Both the position numbers and the translations under genes were made by a program. From the NCBI RefSeq assembly GCF_006345805.1, contig NC_043010.1:66588001-66652000 (forward strand): a stretch of 64,000 bases of DNA, written 5' to 3'. Shown one piece after another: positions 24,211 through 35,965 of the stretch. Source of the stretch: Octopus sinensis. Taxonomy: Eukaryota. The stretch's first letter is position 1, and every line of letters starts with the position of its first letter. Below the pieces are notes generated by a model. The model made no database searches, was not told the origin of the DNA, and saw nothing but the letters and a program-made list of their open reading frames with translations.

Positions 24211-26464
24211 ATGACTGTTTTAAATTGGAAAATGATGGAGAATGAAGCAAAGATTGTGTTTAGTGATGTTATTAGTGAGCAGGTTCTGAACAAAGACGAT
24301 CCATCTGAAGAAAATGAGGCTGAAGAGCAACCTCTACCACGTGACTTTGTTCTGAGAAAAGAGAATCTGTCTGAGAGAAATGAAACTAAAGAGAGACCCT
24401 TCCCCTATGACTTTGCTCAGAACACAGGTAACCCATCTGAGGGCAATAAGACTGGAGAAAAACCTCTGCCTTATGGCTTTATTCCAAACAGAAATTACTC
24501 ATCTGAGGGAAATGAGGTTGAAGAAAAGCCTCTCTCCTATGACCTTGTCTTAAGCAGAAGTAATCCGGCTGAGGGAAATGAGGTGGTTGAGGAAAAACCT
24601 CTCACTTATGGTTTTGTTTCAAACACGAAAAATTCATCGGAAGGAAATGAAACTGAGGGGCAACGTTCCCCACATGACTTTGTTCTCTACACGGATAACT
24701 CACCTGCAGGGAATGAGTCAGAAGAGCAACCTGGTCCTCATGACTTCGTTCTGAATGAAGACGATTCATCTGAGGTGAATGAGACTAAAGAAGAGCCTCT
24801 CGCCTCTGGTTTTGTTCCAAACACAAATACTTCAACTGAAGGGATTGATACCGAAGATAATCCATCTGGGATTAAGTCATCATCTGAGGGGAGTCTGACT
24901 GAAGAAAAAGCTTTTCCTTATGGTTTTGTTCTAAACACAGGTAACTCGTACGGGGTCAAGTCATCTGAGCGGAGTGTGGCTGAAGAAAAATCTCTCCCTT
25001 ACAGCTTTGTCCTGAATACAGGAAACCCATCTGGAGTTAAATCATCTGAGGGGAACCTGACTGGAGAAAGATCTCTCCCTTACAGCTTTGTTCTAAACAC
25101 AGGTAACTCATCTGGAGTCAAGTCATCTGAAGGGGATATGAGTGAAATGCGATCTCTCCCTTACAGCTTTGTTCTAAATGCAGATAACCCATCTGGGGTT
25201 AAGTCATCTGAGGGGAGTGTGACTGAAGAAAGGTCTCTGCCCTACGGCTTTGTTCTGTACACGGGTCACTCATCCATGGGAAACGAGTCTAACATGGCAC
25301 CTCTTCCCTATAGCTTTGTTCTGAACACAGACATTTCATCTGAGGGGAACGAGACCAAAGAGGGGACACTTACCTGTGACCCTTCAACTGGAGTGAATAA
25401 AATCGAAGGGAAACCTCTCCTATGTGACTTTGTTATGAACACGGCTAACCCGTCTGAAGAGAATGAGATGGACGAGAAACTTTTCCTTTGCGACTTCTGT
25501 GGCGAATCCTTCGACGTTTACATCAACCTTTCTGCGCACAAGCAGTTACACACAGGTGGTAGACCATTCCATTGCGAAATTTGTGATAAGAACTTTTCTA
25601 CTTATGAAAGCCTCTCTAGGCATATACGGATACATACAGGTATAAGGCCGTATGTTTGCGAGATTTGCAGCAAAACCTTTTCTGAAAGTAGTCACCTTTA
25701 TAAGCACCATCTCGTACACACAGGTGAGAAACCTTACCATTGTGAAATTTGTGGTAAAGCATTTTCTCAAAGCGGCACCTTGTGTCGCCATCGGCTGATT
25801 CATACAGGTGAGAAACCGTATCGCTGTGAAACTTGCGGTAAATCATTCTCTCGGAACAGTCATTTGTCAACCCACAGATGGATACATACGGGAGATAAAC
25901 CATTTTATTGTGAAACGTGTGGGAAATCTTTCTCGACAAACTCGGCATTGTTGGCCCACAAAAGAACTCACACGGGAGAAAAGCCCTTCCGTTGCGAAAC
26001 ATGCGACAAAACTTTTTCAACTAATTTTGCATTATCGTTGCATATACGGGTTCACACGGGCGAGAGGCCGTATCACTGCGAAATTTGCGACAAATCATTT
26101 TCCACAAACTCTACATTATCTTCTCATCGTCGGACACACACCGGGGAAAAGCCATACCATTGCGAGACGTGCGGTAAATCTTTCTCGACGAGCTTCGCAT
26201 TGTCTTTGCACCGTCGAGTTCACACGGGGGAAAGACCTTACCGTTGTGACCTCTGTTCTAAAACATTCTCCACCAATTCTACCTTGTCTTCACATAAACG
26301 AACGCACACAGGTGAAAAACCTTTCCACTGCGACATCTGTGGTCATTCCTTTGGTCAGAAATACACGTTATCCGTTCACAAACAAATCCACAACAGAGAA
26401 AACAACAACAGTAATAGCAATAACAATAATGATAATAATAATAGTAATAATAATAATAACAATA

Positions 26465-26499
<35 letters not shown>

Positions 26500-26577
26500 A
26501 GTAATGATAATAATAATGATAATAATACTAATAATAATAATAATAATTTCTGTCAAATTGTACAAACAAATGAATAA
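24211..26577 (+). CDS. C2H2 zinc-finger protein, 788 aa: N-terminal tandem acidic repeats, 11 C2H2 fingers (25489-26391), C-terminal poly-Asn
   Basis: Uninterrupted ORF; 11 CxxC-x12-HxxxH units joined by TGEKP/TGERP-type linkers; (AAT)n tail 26392-26548. The start could instead be the ATG at 24232 or 24235. Confidence 0.96.
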
Positions 26578-26832
26578 ACCACGGGAATATCATTTATATG
26601 GACAGGGAGGCATTTCAGTGAATCACTTCATAAATTCCAAAATACTTACACAGAAAGGTTTGTGTAAGTATGTGTATATGATATACACTCACACAGACAA
26701 AGTAAAAAAACCCCAAAAAATAACAAAAAACAAAATCAAAATGGTACGAGTTTTAATTGTCATTAATCTTTGTATTTATTTCATCAAAGATTCACAAGCT
26801 ACACAATGGTATGTATGTGTATGTATATATAC

Positions 26833-26865
<33 letters not shown>

Positions 26866-26866
<1 letters not shown>

Positions 26867-27169
26867 CATCATCATCATCGTTTAACGTCCGTTCTCCATG
26901 CTAGCATGGGTTAGACGGTTCAACTGGGGTCTGGGAAGCGAGAAGGCTGCATCAGGCCCAGTTTGATCTGGCAGTGTTTCTACGGCTGGATGCCCTTCCT
27001 AACACCAACCACTCCGTGAGTGTAGTGGGTGCTTTTTACGTGCCAGACGGGGCTGGCAAACGACCACGGACGGATGGTGTTTTTTACGTGCCACCGGCAC
27101 GGAGGCCAGGCCAGGCCAGGCCAGGCCAGGCTGGCACAGCCATGATCGGATGGTGTTTGTTACATGCCA

Positions 27170-27172
<3 letters not shown>
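26866..27172 (-). mobile_element. RTE 3' UTR fragment inserted in (TA)n downstream of the ZNF stop
   Basis: Family match; (TA)n on both sides. Confidence 0.8.
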
Positions 27173-27214
<42 letters not shown>

Positions 27215-28570
27215 CACTCACACTCATACACACTGTTCCTATTATTAATTATCCATACATTTTCATGCTTTTGACAATTTCTCCCTCATGCTCTGTGTGT
27301 CCGAGTATGTGTGTGTGTGTGTGATTGCTTCATCTTTGACTGATGGTAGCCATTTCAGTTAGTCTACATCATCTCGACAATCTCCCATGCGTCTGTGTGC
27401 TCCGAGAAGTGTCACAAGCTTTAATAGAGAGACAGGACGAGCCAAACAAAATGAGACATCTGTAGGTCATTGGACTCAAGTGATATACACTTGTACAACA
27501 CATATCCCACTCTCTCCCTCTCTCTCTCTCTAAATATCGGTAACTGGAATCCAGTGAATAACAAACATTGCAAAATAACTGGTAGCTACTTCAACTGCAG
27601 GTTTGATATCAGAGTGCCTTCTCTTAGAATTTTCCCATCAATGGGCACCCTTAAAGCAGCAGGATTTTGAAAGAAGCACATTTGGACACAACTGTTGCTT
27701 TAATGAGTCTTGTTTTTTTGGGGGTTTTTTATCGTATGGTTTGTCCAAAAAATCACCCTTCTCATCAAGCCTTCTTGGTGGGGGTTGCCAGTTTAGTCAC
27801 CAATGACCCAACCGTGCAACAGGTTGTAAAGGCGGTGAGCTGGCAGAAACGTTAGCACGCCGGGCGAAATGTGTAGCCGTATTTCGTTTGCCGTTACGTG
27901 CTGAGGTCAACTTTGCCTTTCATCCTTTCGGGGTCGATAAATTTAGTACCAGTTACGCACTGGGGTCGATGTAATTGACTTAATCCGTGTGTCTGTCCCC
28001 TCTGTGTTTAGCCCCTTGTGGGTAATAAAGACATAGGTTGTAATGGGTTACATGATATTAACAGTAGCATTCAAGAAAGATCTGACAATATGTGTGTGTA
28101 TACATCTATATATATTTGTGTGTGTTTATATATATATATAATAATTATATATATGATGTGAAAAGGATAAAAGCTCCATTGAAGAATAAAATCGTTTTAT
28201 ACAGAATCCATTTTTGATTTGTGAGAATTTTTTTTGAGTATTACAGTCATTTTGGAACTAACAAAAATTTTTTGCAGAAGTAAAGAATCTCTTGTTTTAT
28301 GGTATTACAAAAGTAAAAGAAAGAAAAGGATTGTCTGCTAAAATGTTATTTTTGATGCCAAAATGCTATTTTCCAAAAGTCTTTGATTTGGTGATGATTC
28401 CTACATTTCAGCTGGAGTTAGTCTGTGCCTTCTAATCATAGGTACCACAAACACACACATGCCCACAGGGACATTTTTGCCACTTACTACAAATGTTGAT
28501 TTGGAATTGGTCGAACAACATTCATTGTTGTTATAATTTATCCCTAACATTCCTTTTTTCACTTCATTAA

Positions 28571-29043
28571 CCCTTTTGTTACCAACCCAGCTGAAACCGG
28601 CTCTGGCTCTGAGTACAAATGTCTTGTTTTCATAAGTTTTGAATTAAAATCTTCCACTAAACCTTAGTCACAATTTATGTTCCTAACACTAGCTTAATGA
28701 TAACTAAGTTATTTTACTAAATTCTTTGTTATATTTAAAATTAATTCAACGAAACACAGAGCATCTCAACAAAAATAATGGTAACAAAAGGGTTAAAATA
28801 TATAATAGAGAAACAATTCTTAACCCTTTTGATACCAATCTGGCTGAAACCAGCTCTGGCTCTCAATACAAATGTCTTGTTTTCAGAAGTTTTGAATTAA
28901 AATCTTCCACCAAACCTTAGTCACAATTTATGTTCCTAACACTAGCTGAATGATAACTAAGTTATTTTACTAAATTCTTTGTTATATCTAAAATAATTGA
29001 AAGAAACACAGAGCATCTCAACAGAAATATGGTAATGAAAGGG
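28571..29043. mobile_element. Tandem pair of ~220-bp piggyBac-type MITEs (28571-28792, 28824-29043)
   Basis: Each is TTAA-flanked with CCCTTTTG(T/A)TACCA...TGGTAA(C/T)(A/G)AAAGGG termini. Confidence 0.85.
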
Positions 29044-29109
29044 TTAAACACTTCATTCATTAATGGCTTCAACACTTCATTCATTAATGGCTTCTTGTGC
29101 ATTCTTACA

Positions 29110-29525
29110 TTCAGCAAGCGAAGTAATTGCTGTGGCCAATACCAGTACTGCCTGACTAGCACCCATGTCGGTGGGACAAAAAGCGCCATTCGGGCGTGGT
29201 TGTTGCCAGTGCTGCTTGACTGGCTCCTGTGCTGGTAGCATGTGAAAAGCACTATTCGAGCGTGGTCATTGCCAGTGTTGTTTGACTGGCTCCTGTGCAG
29301 TGGCATGTAAAAAGCACCTTTCAAGTGCGGTCAATGACAGTACTGCCTGACTGGCCCTCATGTTGGTGGCATGTAAAATGCACCCACTACACTCTCAGAG
29401 TGATTGGCATTAGGAAGGGCGTTCAACTGTAGAAACATTGCCAGATCAGACTGGAGCCTGGTGCAGCCTTCTGGCTTGCCAGCATGGAAAGTGGATGTTA
29501 AACAACGACGATGATGATGATGATG
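29110..29525 (+). mobile_element. RTE 3' UTR fragment, older
   Basis: Family match with internal repeats and a (GAT)n tail. Confidence 0.7.
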
Positions 29526-29933
29526 GCGCTCAAACTCTGCCATGGTTAACTTTGCCTTCCATCCTTGCAGGGTCAATAAAATAAGAACTGGTCAAGTACC
29601 AGGGTCAATGTAATCAACTAGCACCCTCCATTCAAAAACTGCTGGCCTTGTGCCAAAATTTGAAACCATTATCTGAGTGCCAAGCTGCAGAATTATGAGT
29701 GTGTCAGACAAAATGGTTTGTCACATTTCTTCTAGCTTTATGTTCTGGGTTCAAATTCCCACCACACTTGATCTTGCCTTTCTTTCTTTCAGGGTCTATA
29801 AATTAAGTACCAGTTAGACACTGAGGTTGATGTTATCAACTGACCCCCCCCCACCCCAACATTTCAGCTCTTGTGCCTATAATAGAAAGGATTATTAAGG
29901 CAGCAAGCTGGCAGAATTATTAACGTGTCAGAT

Positions 29934-29975
<42 letters not shown>

Positions 29976-29977
<2 letters not shown>

Positions 29978-30371
29978 CGTAGGAGTGGCTGTGTGGTAAG
30001 TAGCTTGCTAACCAACCACATGGTTCCGGGTTCAGTCCCACTGCGTGGCACCTTGGGCAAGTGTCTTCTGCTATAGCCCCGGGCTGACCAATGCCTTGTG
30101 AGTGGATTTGGTAGACGGAAACTGAAAGAAGCCTGTCGTATATATGTATATATATATATATTTGTATTTGTGTGTCTGTGTTTGTCCCCCTAGCATTGCT
30201 TGACAGCCGATGCTGGTGTGTTTACGTCCCCGTAACTTAGTGGTTCGGCAAAAAGAGGGACCGATAGAATAAGTACTGGGCTTACAAAGAATAAGTCCTG
30301 GGGTCGATTTGCTCGACTAAAGGCGGTGCTCCAGCATGGCCGCAGTCAAATGACTGAAACAAGTAAAAGAG
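29976..30371 (+). mobile_element. Full-length tRNA-derived CORE-like SINE with an internal (TA)/(TG) microsatellite
   Basis: A box TGGCTGTGTGG, B box GGTTCAGTCCC (30029-30039), caccttgggcaagtgtc CORE-like block, 3' body ending aagtaaaagag; (TA)n on both flanks. Confidence 0.85.
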
Positions 30372-30884
30372 TATATATATAAATAAACAAAAGCACTCAA
30401 CTATGAGTCCACTGCACCTTGTAATAGAAACAACTGTAAGCCAATGCAGTTAATAAGATAATCATTTATTCCTTTATCTTTTCTTTTATTACCTCTCCAT
30501 ACTCAGCCAGCTCTTTATTCTGAGACATAAACATATTGAGGTCTACATTGGGTTATTGGTCTCACAATGCCTAAGCAAAAAATATATATATGTATATGTA
30601 ATAATAATAAAAGGTAAAATTAATTCATAATTAATAATTTTACCAACTAGTTTGGTTTGTTAAAAGAACCATTATCGGTAAACTTGTACAAAAATTCTAT
30701 AATGATGAGTATAATTATAATTATACAGCAATACTCAACAACTCTCTTTACCTGCATGAGTTGTTGAGTATTGCTGTCTGAGAGATATCTTATGGCAGTA
30801 GAATAGTAGTTTAACTGCTATTTCTAAATTTCAGTATGTGGTGAAGCAAATTTTGCTGAACTCTAATTATAATTATACTCATAA

Positions 30885-31274
30885 TTAGCAGTATCGCCTG
30901 GCGTTGCTCGGGTTTGTAAGGGAAATAACTATGTAAGCATTTTTAGAAAGTTATAGCCAAAAAACAGCAAAAAAATGCATTAAAAATGGAAAAAAAATGA
31001 TGGTAAATTTTTTTTTAAATCGTTGACTCATTGTAGACATTTTTAGAGAGTTACTTCCCTTATATAATAGCGAAAAAATGGGAAAAAAAATGATGGTAAA
31101 ATTTTTTTAAAATCGTAGACTCATCATAGACGCGCGCTAATACCCAGAAGGGCTCGATATGAATCACGACTATAAGATACCCGGTTTTGGTTAAACTGCA
31201 CCACAAAATGTGGAAGTAGTTAGGAATCTAAATCGTAGGAGACAGACACACAACTTGACTTTTATATATAAAGA
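30885..31274 (-). mobile_element. Non-autonomous Helitron, same family as 39332-39630, with an internal duplication
   Basis: Sequence match over the full length; the 3' end reads CTAA instead of CTAG. Confidence 0.8.
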
Positions 31275-32599
31275 TATATAGAATTTTTGTATGTATATGT
31301 ATGTAGATATATGTACAAACATGCATCTACACTGAATTATAGGTATTCTGAAACACAGATGTCGGCAGACTTTCCTTGTATAAACATGAGTGTCAAGGAT
31401 AAGGGAGGCTTACATGTATGGACAATTGCTAGTCTTCCTCAAAAGAAATCCTGCCCAGACTTGCACATACACGCACTGATACATGACCAACTTTGACTGG
31501 GAGGACCTTGTTAAAATGTACATAGAAGAAACACATAATCTTTTGTTTATTCACAGCTTGTGTAAAGAAAGCAATTATCGTGTCTACTGATGTGTGGTGA
31601 GCTTATATTTTTTACTATTAATCCATAAACGATCGTCTTTCTTTTCTTTGTCATTTGTTATTATTCTGTTGTTAAGTTCAGTGGATTGACAGAGCAATTA
31701 GAGCACGGGACAAAATGCCTATTATGGTATTTAGTTAATACTCTTTACATTGTGAGTTCAAATCCCGCCAACATCAACATTGTCTTTCATCTTTTTTGCA
31801 GGTGGTGGTAGGGGCAATAAAATTACCTATTTCTTTACTACCCACAAGGAGCCAAACACAGAGAGGACAAACAAGGACAGCCAAACAGATTAAGTCAATT
31901 ATATCGACCCCAGTGTGGAACTGGTACTTATTTAATCGACCCTGAAAGGATGAAAGGCAAAGTCGACCTTGGCGGAATTTGAACCCAGAACGTAACGTCA
32001 GACGAAATACCACTAAGCATTTCGCCTGGCGTGCTAACGATTCTGCCAGCTCGCCGCCTTATAAAATTACCAGGGGCAATAAAATTACCAGTTGAGCACT
32101 GGGGTTGCCATTCCAAGTTCAAATCCTGCTAAGGTTAACTTCGCCTTTCATCTTTTTGGGAGGTTAATAAAAGGAGTACCGGTTAAGAACTGGGGCTGGT
32201 GTTCTGAGTTCAAATCCTACCAAGGACAACTTTGTCTTTCAGCCTTTCCAAGTTGATAAAATAAAATACCAGTGAAGTACAGGTGTCATGCTTTCTCGCT
32301 TAAACTAGTTGGCCCTGTGCCAAAAATTTGAAACAATTAGAAGACTTCAAGCAAGCGGAATTTTTGAGCACTGGAGAAAATGCTTTGCAGTATTTACTCT
32401 GACTCTTTACATTCAGGGATCAAATCCAGCTGTGGTCAACTTTGCCTTTCATCCTTTCTGGGTTGATAAAATAAATACCAGTCATTGACTGGGGTTTATG
32501 GTATTATTGGCTAACTTTATCCCCTACAATTTCTGGTCTATATACATACTTTCCTTTCTGGTCCACTGTCTATATTCTCCCTCATATCCCACATCTGTG

Positions 32600-32915
32600 A
32601 AGGTGCATGGCTTAGTGGTTAGGCTAACTGGCTCATGATCATAAGGACATGATTTTGATTCCAGGTGGCAGGCTATCCTTGAGCAAGACACTTTATTTTA
32701 TATTGCTTCAGTCCATTCAGCTGGCAAAAATGAGTTCTTGTATTTCTTAGGGCCAGCCTTGTTATATTCTGTGTCATGCTAAATCTCCCTAAGAACTATG
32801 TAAAAGGCCTTCATGTCTGTGGAGTGCTCAACCACTTTCATGTTTATTTTACGAGTAGGCTGTGCCATAGATTGGATCAACTGGAACCCTTGTCATCATT
32901 ACTGACAGAGTGTCA
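32600..32915 (+). mobile_element. V-like tRNA SINE
   Basis: Head gcatggcttagtggttagg and the ccttgagcaagacactttatt...cagctggcaaaaatgag block. Other copies at 49277-49425 and 58483-59180. Confidence 0.65.
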
Positions 32916-33812
32916 GTTTTTGTTTATATTTTACTTTCTTGTACTTTGAGAGTATGCTCTGGCACCCTTTTACCACCATCTTTATCTCCTTTCCAGCTCC
33001 TTATTTCTTTATTACCCACAAGGGGCTAAATATAGATGGGACAAACAAGGACAGACAAAGGGATTAAGTCGATTAAATCAATACCAGTACGTAACTGGTA
33101 CTTATTTAATCAACCCCAAAAGGATGAAAGGCAAAGTTGAATTTGAAGTCAGAACTCAGAACGTAGTGGCAGACGAAATACTTGTTTCTTTACTACCCAC
33201 ATGGGGCTAAACACAGAGGGGACAGACAAATGGATTAAGTCGATTACATCGACCCCAGTGTGTAACTGGTGCTAATTTAATCGACCCCAAAGGGATGAAA
33301 GGCAAAGTCGACCTCAGCAGAATTTGAACTCAGAATGTAACGACAGATGAAATACCACTAAGCATTTCGCCCGGCATGCTAGTGTTTCTGCCAGCTCACC
33401 ACCTTCAATAAGCTTTCCTTTCCAGCTTCTGTCACCCACCTTCACATAATGCAAGATAGCAAGACACCTGTACTTATCCCTCTATTATACCTTAACCTTC
33501 AACACCTGACATAAAGCCCCCGCCCTCTCCAAATACACCTCTACTCAGTTGAAGCAGCTTTTCCCTTCTCTTTCCTTTACTTTGCCTTGAAAGTTACTGG
33601 GCAATTTCATAAGTGCTGGTATCAGGAAAAAAAGTACCTAGTACATGCCGTAAAGTGGTAGACCTTAGCAAGAACATTCAGCCATAGAAACCATGCAAAA
33701 ATAGAAGTTGGGGACCTGATGCAGCTCCAACCCAAACCAGAATGGAAAATAGATGTCAAATGCTGATGACATTCATTTTATGTCTGTTTTTCATTGCTAG
33801 CATGAGTTAGAT

Positions 33813-34149
33813 CAGTGGTTCTCAACCAGGGTCCATATAGCAATTTTGGTGGTCCACGCAATGATATAGTAAGTTGAGGATCCACAACAGTATTTTAAGA
33901 GCCCCTGAAAAAATTTTTATTTCAGATGTATGTATAGGCGTGTGTTGCAAGAAACAGCTGGGTTTCTTTCTCTAACATTTTTACATAGTTCAACGGACAC
34001 AAGCTAAAGTGTGTGAAAAAAAAAAAAAAGAAATTTTGAAAATAGTTTCTATAAAACTAGTTTTTAAAGATCGAATGACAATGGTGGTCCCCCAGAATAA
34101 AATAGTAATCAAAGGGGTCCAAAGAAAAAAAAAAGGTTGAGAACCACTG
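33813..34149. mobile_element. hAT (Charlie-like) MITE
   Basis: Perfect 15-bp TIR CAGTGGTTCTCAACC; flanks agttagat / gattagat (6/8). Confidence 0.8.
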
Positions 34150-34362
34150 GATTAGATGAGCATATTACTGAGGTATTGTTTAATAACTGGATGCCCTGCC
34201 TGTCACTAACTCTTACCTGTTTCTGCAAGTAAGGGATCCCTTATTCCATATGTCTTTGAAGTCAATGGATGGTTTGTTGATAGGAGACATGATGACTATA
34301 TATATATATATAAATGTAAGAACCAGGGATCGAGGCGTAGGAAGAAAGTTAGCTTCAAGCAC

Positions 34363-34910
34363 TCATCATCATCATCATTTAATGTTCGTTTTGGACGGTT
34401 TGACCGGGGTCTGGGAAGCCAGGAGGCTGCACTGGGCTCCAGTCTGATCTGGCAGTGTTTGTACAGTTGGATGCCCTTCCTAACGCCAACCACTCCGTGA
34501 GTATAGTGGGTACTCGGTTGATGCTTTTTACGTGCCACCGGCATTGAAGCCAGCCAAGGCGGCGCTGGCATCGGCCACATTCGGATGGTGCTTTTTATGT
34601 GCCACTGGCACGGGTATCACAACTACAATTTCTATTTAGTTTTTATTTTGATGTTGATGTACTTAACTCAATAGGTCTCCTCAAGCACAGCAGGTCACCC
34701 TATGATCCAAGGTAAGCACAGCAGGCCGTCCTGCGATCCAAGGAACTTTGGATGGGCTGGGGCTGCTATGTGAAGCTGGTGTGGGAAGAAACAACCACAA
34801 ACTCACATTATTTGTTGGGTCTTTGCAGTCACAGCATATCTCTAGAGGTCTCGGTCTTTCGTCATTGCCTCTGTGAGGCCCAACGTTCAAAGGTCATGCT
34901 TGACCACCTC
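34363..34910 (-). mobile_element. RTE-clade LINE 3' end (ORF C-terminus plus 3' UTR, (GAT)n tail)
   Basis: 34910 to 34803 translates EVVKHDL*TLGLTEAMTKDRDL*RYAVTAKT, a typical RTE C-terminus. It is continuous with the common ...gttaggaagggcatccagctgtag...gttaaacgatgatgatg repeat. Confidence 0.75.
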
Positions 34911-35897
34911 TATAAAAAGTTAACTTTCAAGGACAATAGTGGTTTATTGAGATGGAAGTTTGTGGATTCTTTTCTGTATGAAAGAATAAGCTGGAAAACG
35001 TTCTTTTTATATTTCATAGTAGGCAACCAGGTGTGCAAATAAGAATAGAATACAAGAGTTACAGAATGGAGAAGGTAAGATCTGGGCTACATCTGTTTCA
35101 TAGCGAGTGGAACCTCAGAAGTGGTAAAAATCCAAACTAGGTGTATACCACAGGCTACTCTTCAGGCCAAGGGTATCTTAATTCTTTATTGCTCACAAGA
35201 GGCTAAACATAGAGGAGACAAACAAGGAGAGACAAAGGGATTAAGTCGATTACATCGACCCCAGAGCATAACTGGTACTTAATTTATCGACCCCGAAAGG
35301 ATGAAAGGCAAAGTTGACCTCGGTGGAATTTGAACTCAGAACGTAACGGCAGACGAAATACCTATTTCTTTACCACCCACAAGGGGCTAAACATAGAGGG
35401 GACAAACAAGGACAGACAAAGGGATTAAGTCGATTACATCGACCCCAGAGCATAACTAGTACTTAATTTATCGACCCTGAAAGGATGAAAGGCAAAGTTG
35501 ACCTCGGTGGAATTTGAACTCAGAACGTAGCGGCAGACGAAATACTACTAAGCATTTCGTCCGGCGTGCTAACATTTCTGCCAGCTCGTCACTTCTTCAG
35601 GCCAAGGGTATCTTGATTAAATTAAAGGTTACATAGTTGTAAGGAGGTATGTGTTGATGCATGGAAGATTCAATGAGAATGTGTAGAGAGCACAGAAGGA
35701 GAAGAGAATAAAAAAGATATATATTGTGCCAGTGCCTCATAAAAGGTACTTCTGCTGGTGCCACGTACAGGCACCTGTGCCAGTACCACATAAAATACAC
35801 CCAGTACACTGTAAAGTGGTTGACATTAGGAAGGGCATCCGGCAGTAGTAACCATACCAAAACAATTTCTGTTAGCTTGCCACCTAAAATAATTATA

Positions 35898-35965
35898 CAC
35901 CTGCAGAGGGACACGAACCCGCGACCCTCGGATTAAAAGTCTGATGCTCTACCGACTGAGCTATG
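35898..35965 (-). pseudogene. tRNA-Lys(UUU) pseudogene
   Basis: Minus strand reads TAGCTCAGTCGGTAGAGCATCAGACTTTTAATCCGAGGGTCGCGGGTTCGTGTCCCTCTGCAGGTG. The 5' acceptor strand is lost (TTGATCA cannot pair with TGCAGGT), and the anticodon stem and T-stem have mismatches. Confidence 0.8.

Noticed and set aside
25808-26914. 368-aa minus-strand ORF
   Set aside because: Antisense shadow of the zinc-finger array and the AAT tract (poly-Ile); no independent domain signal.
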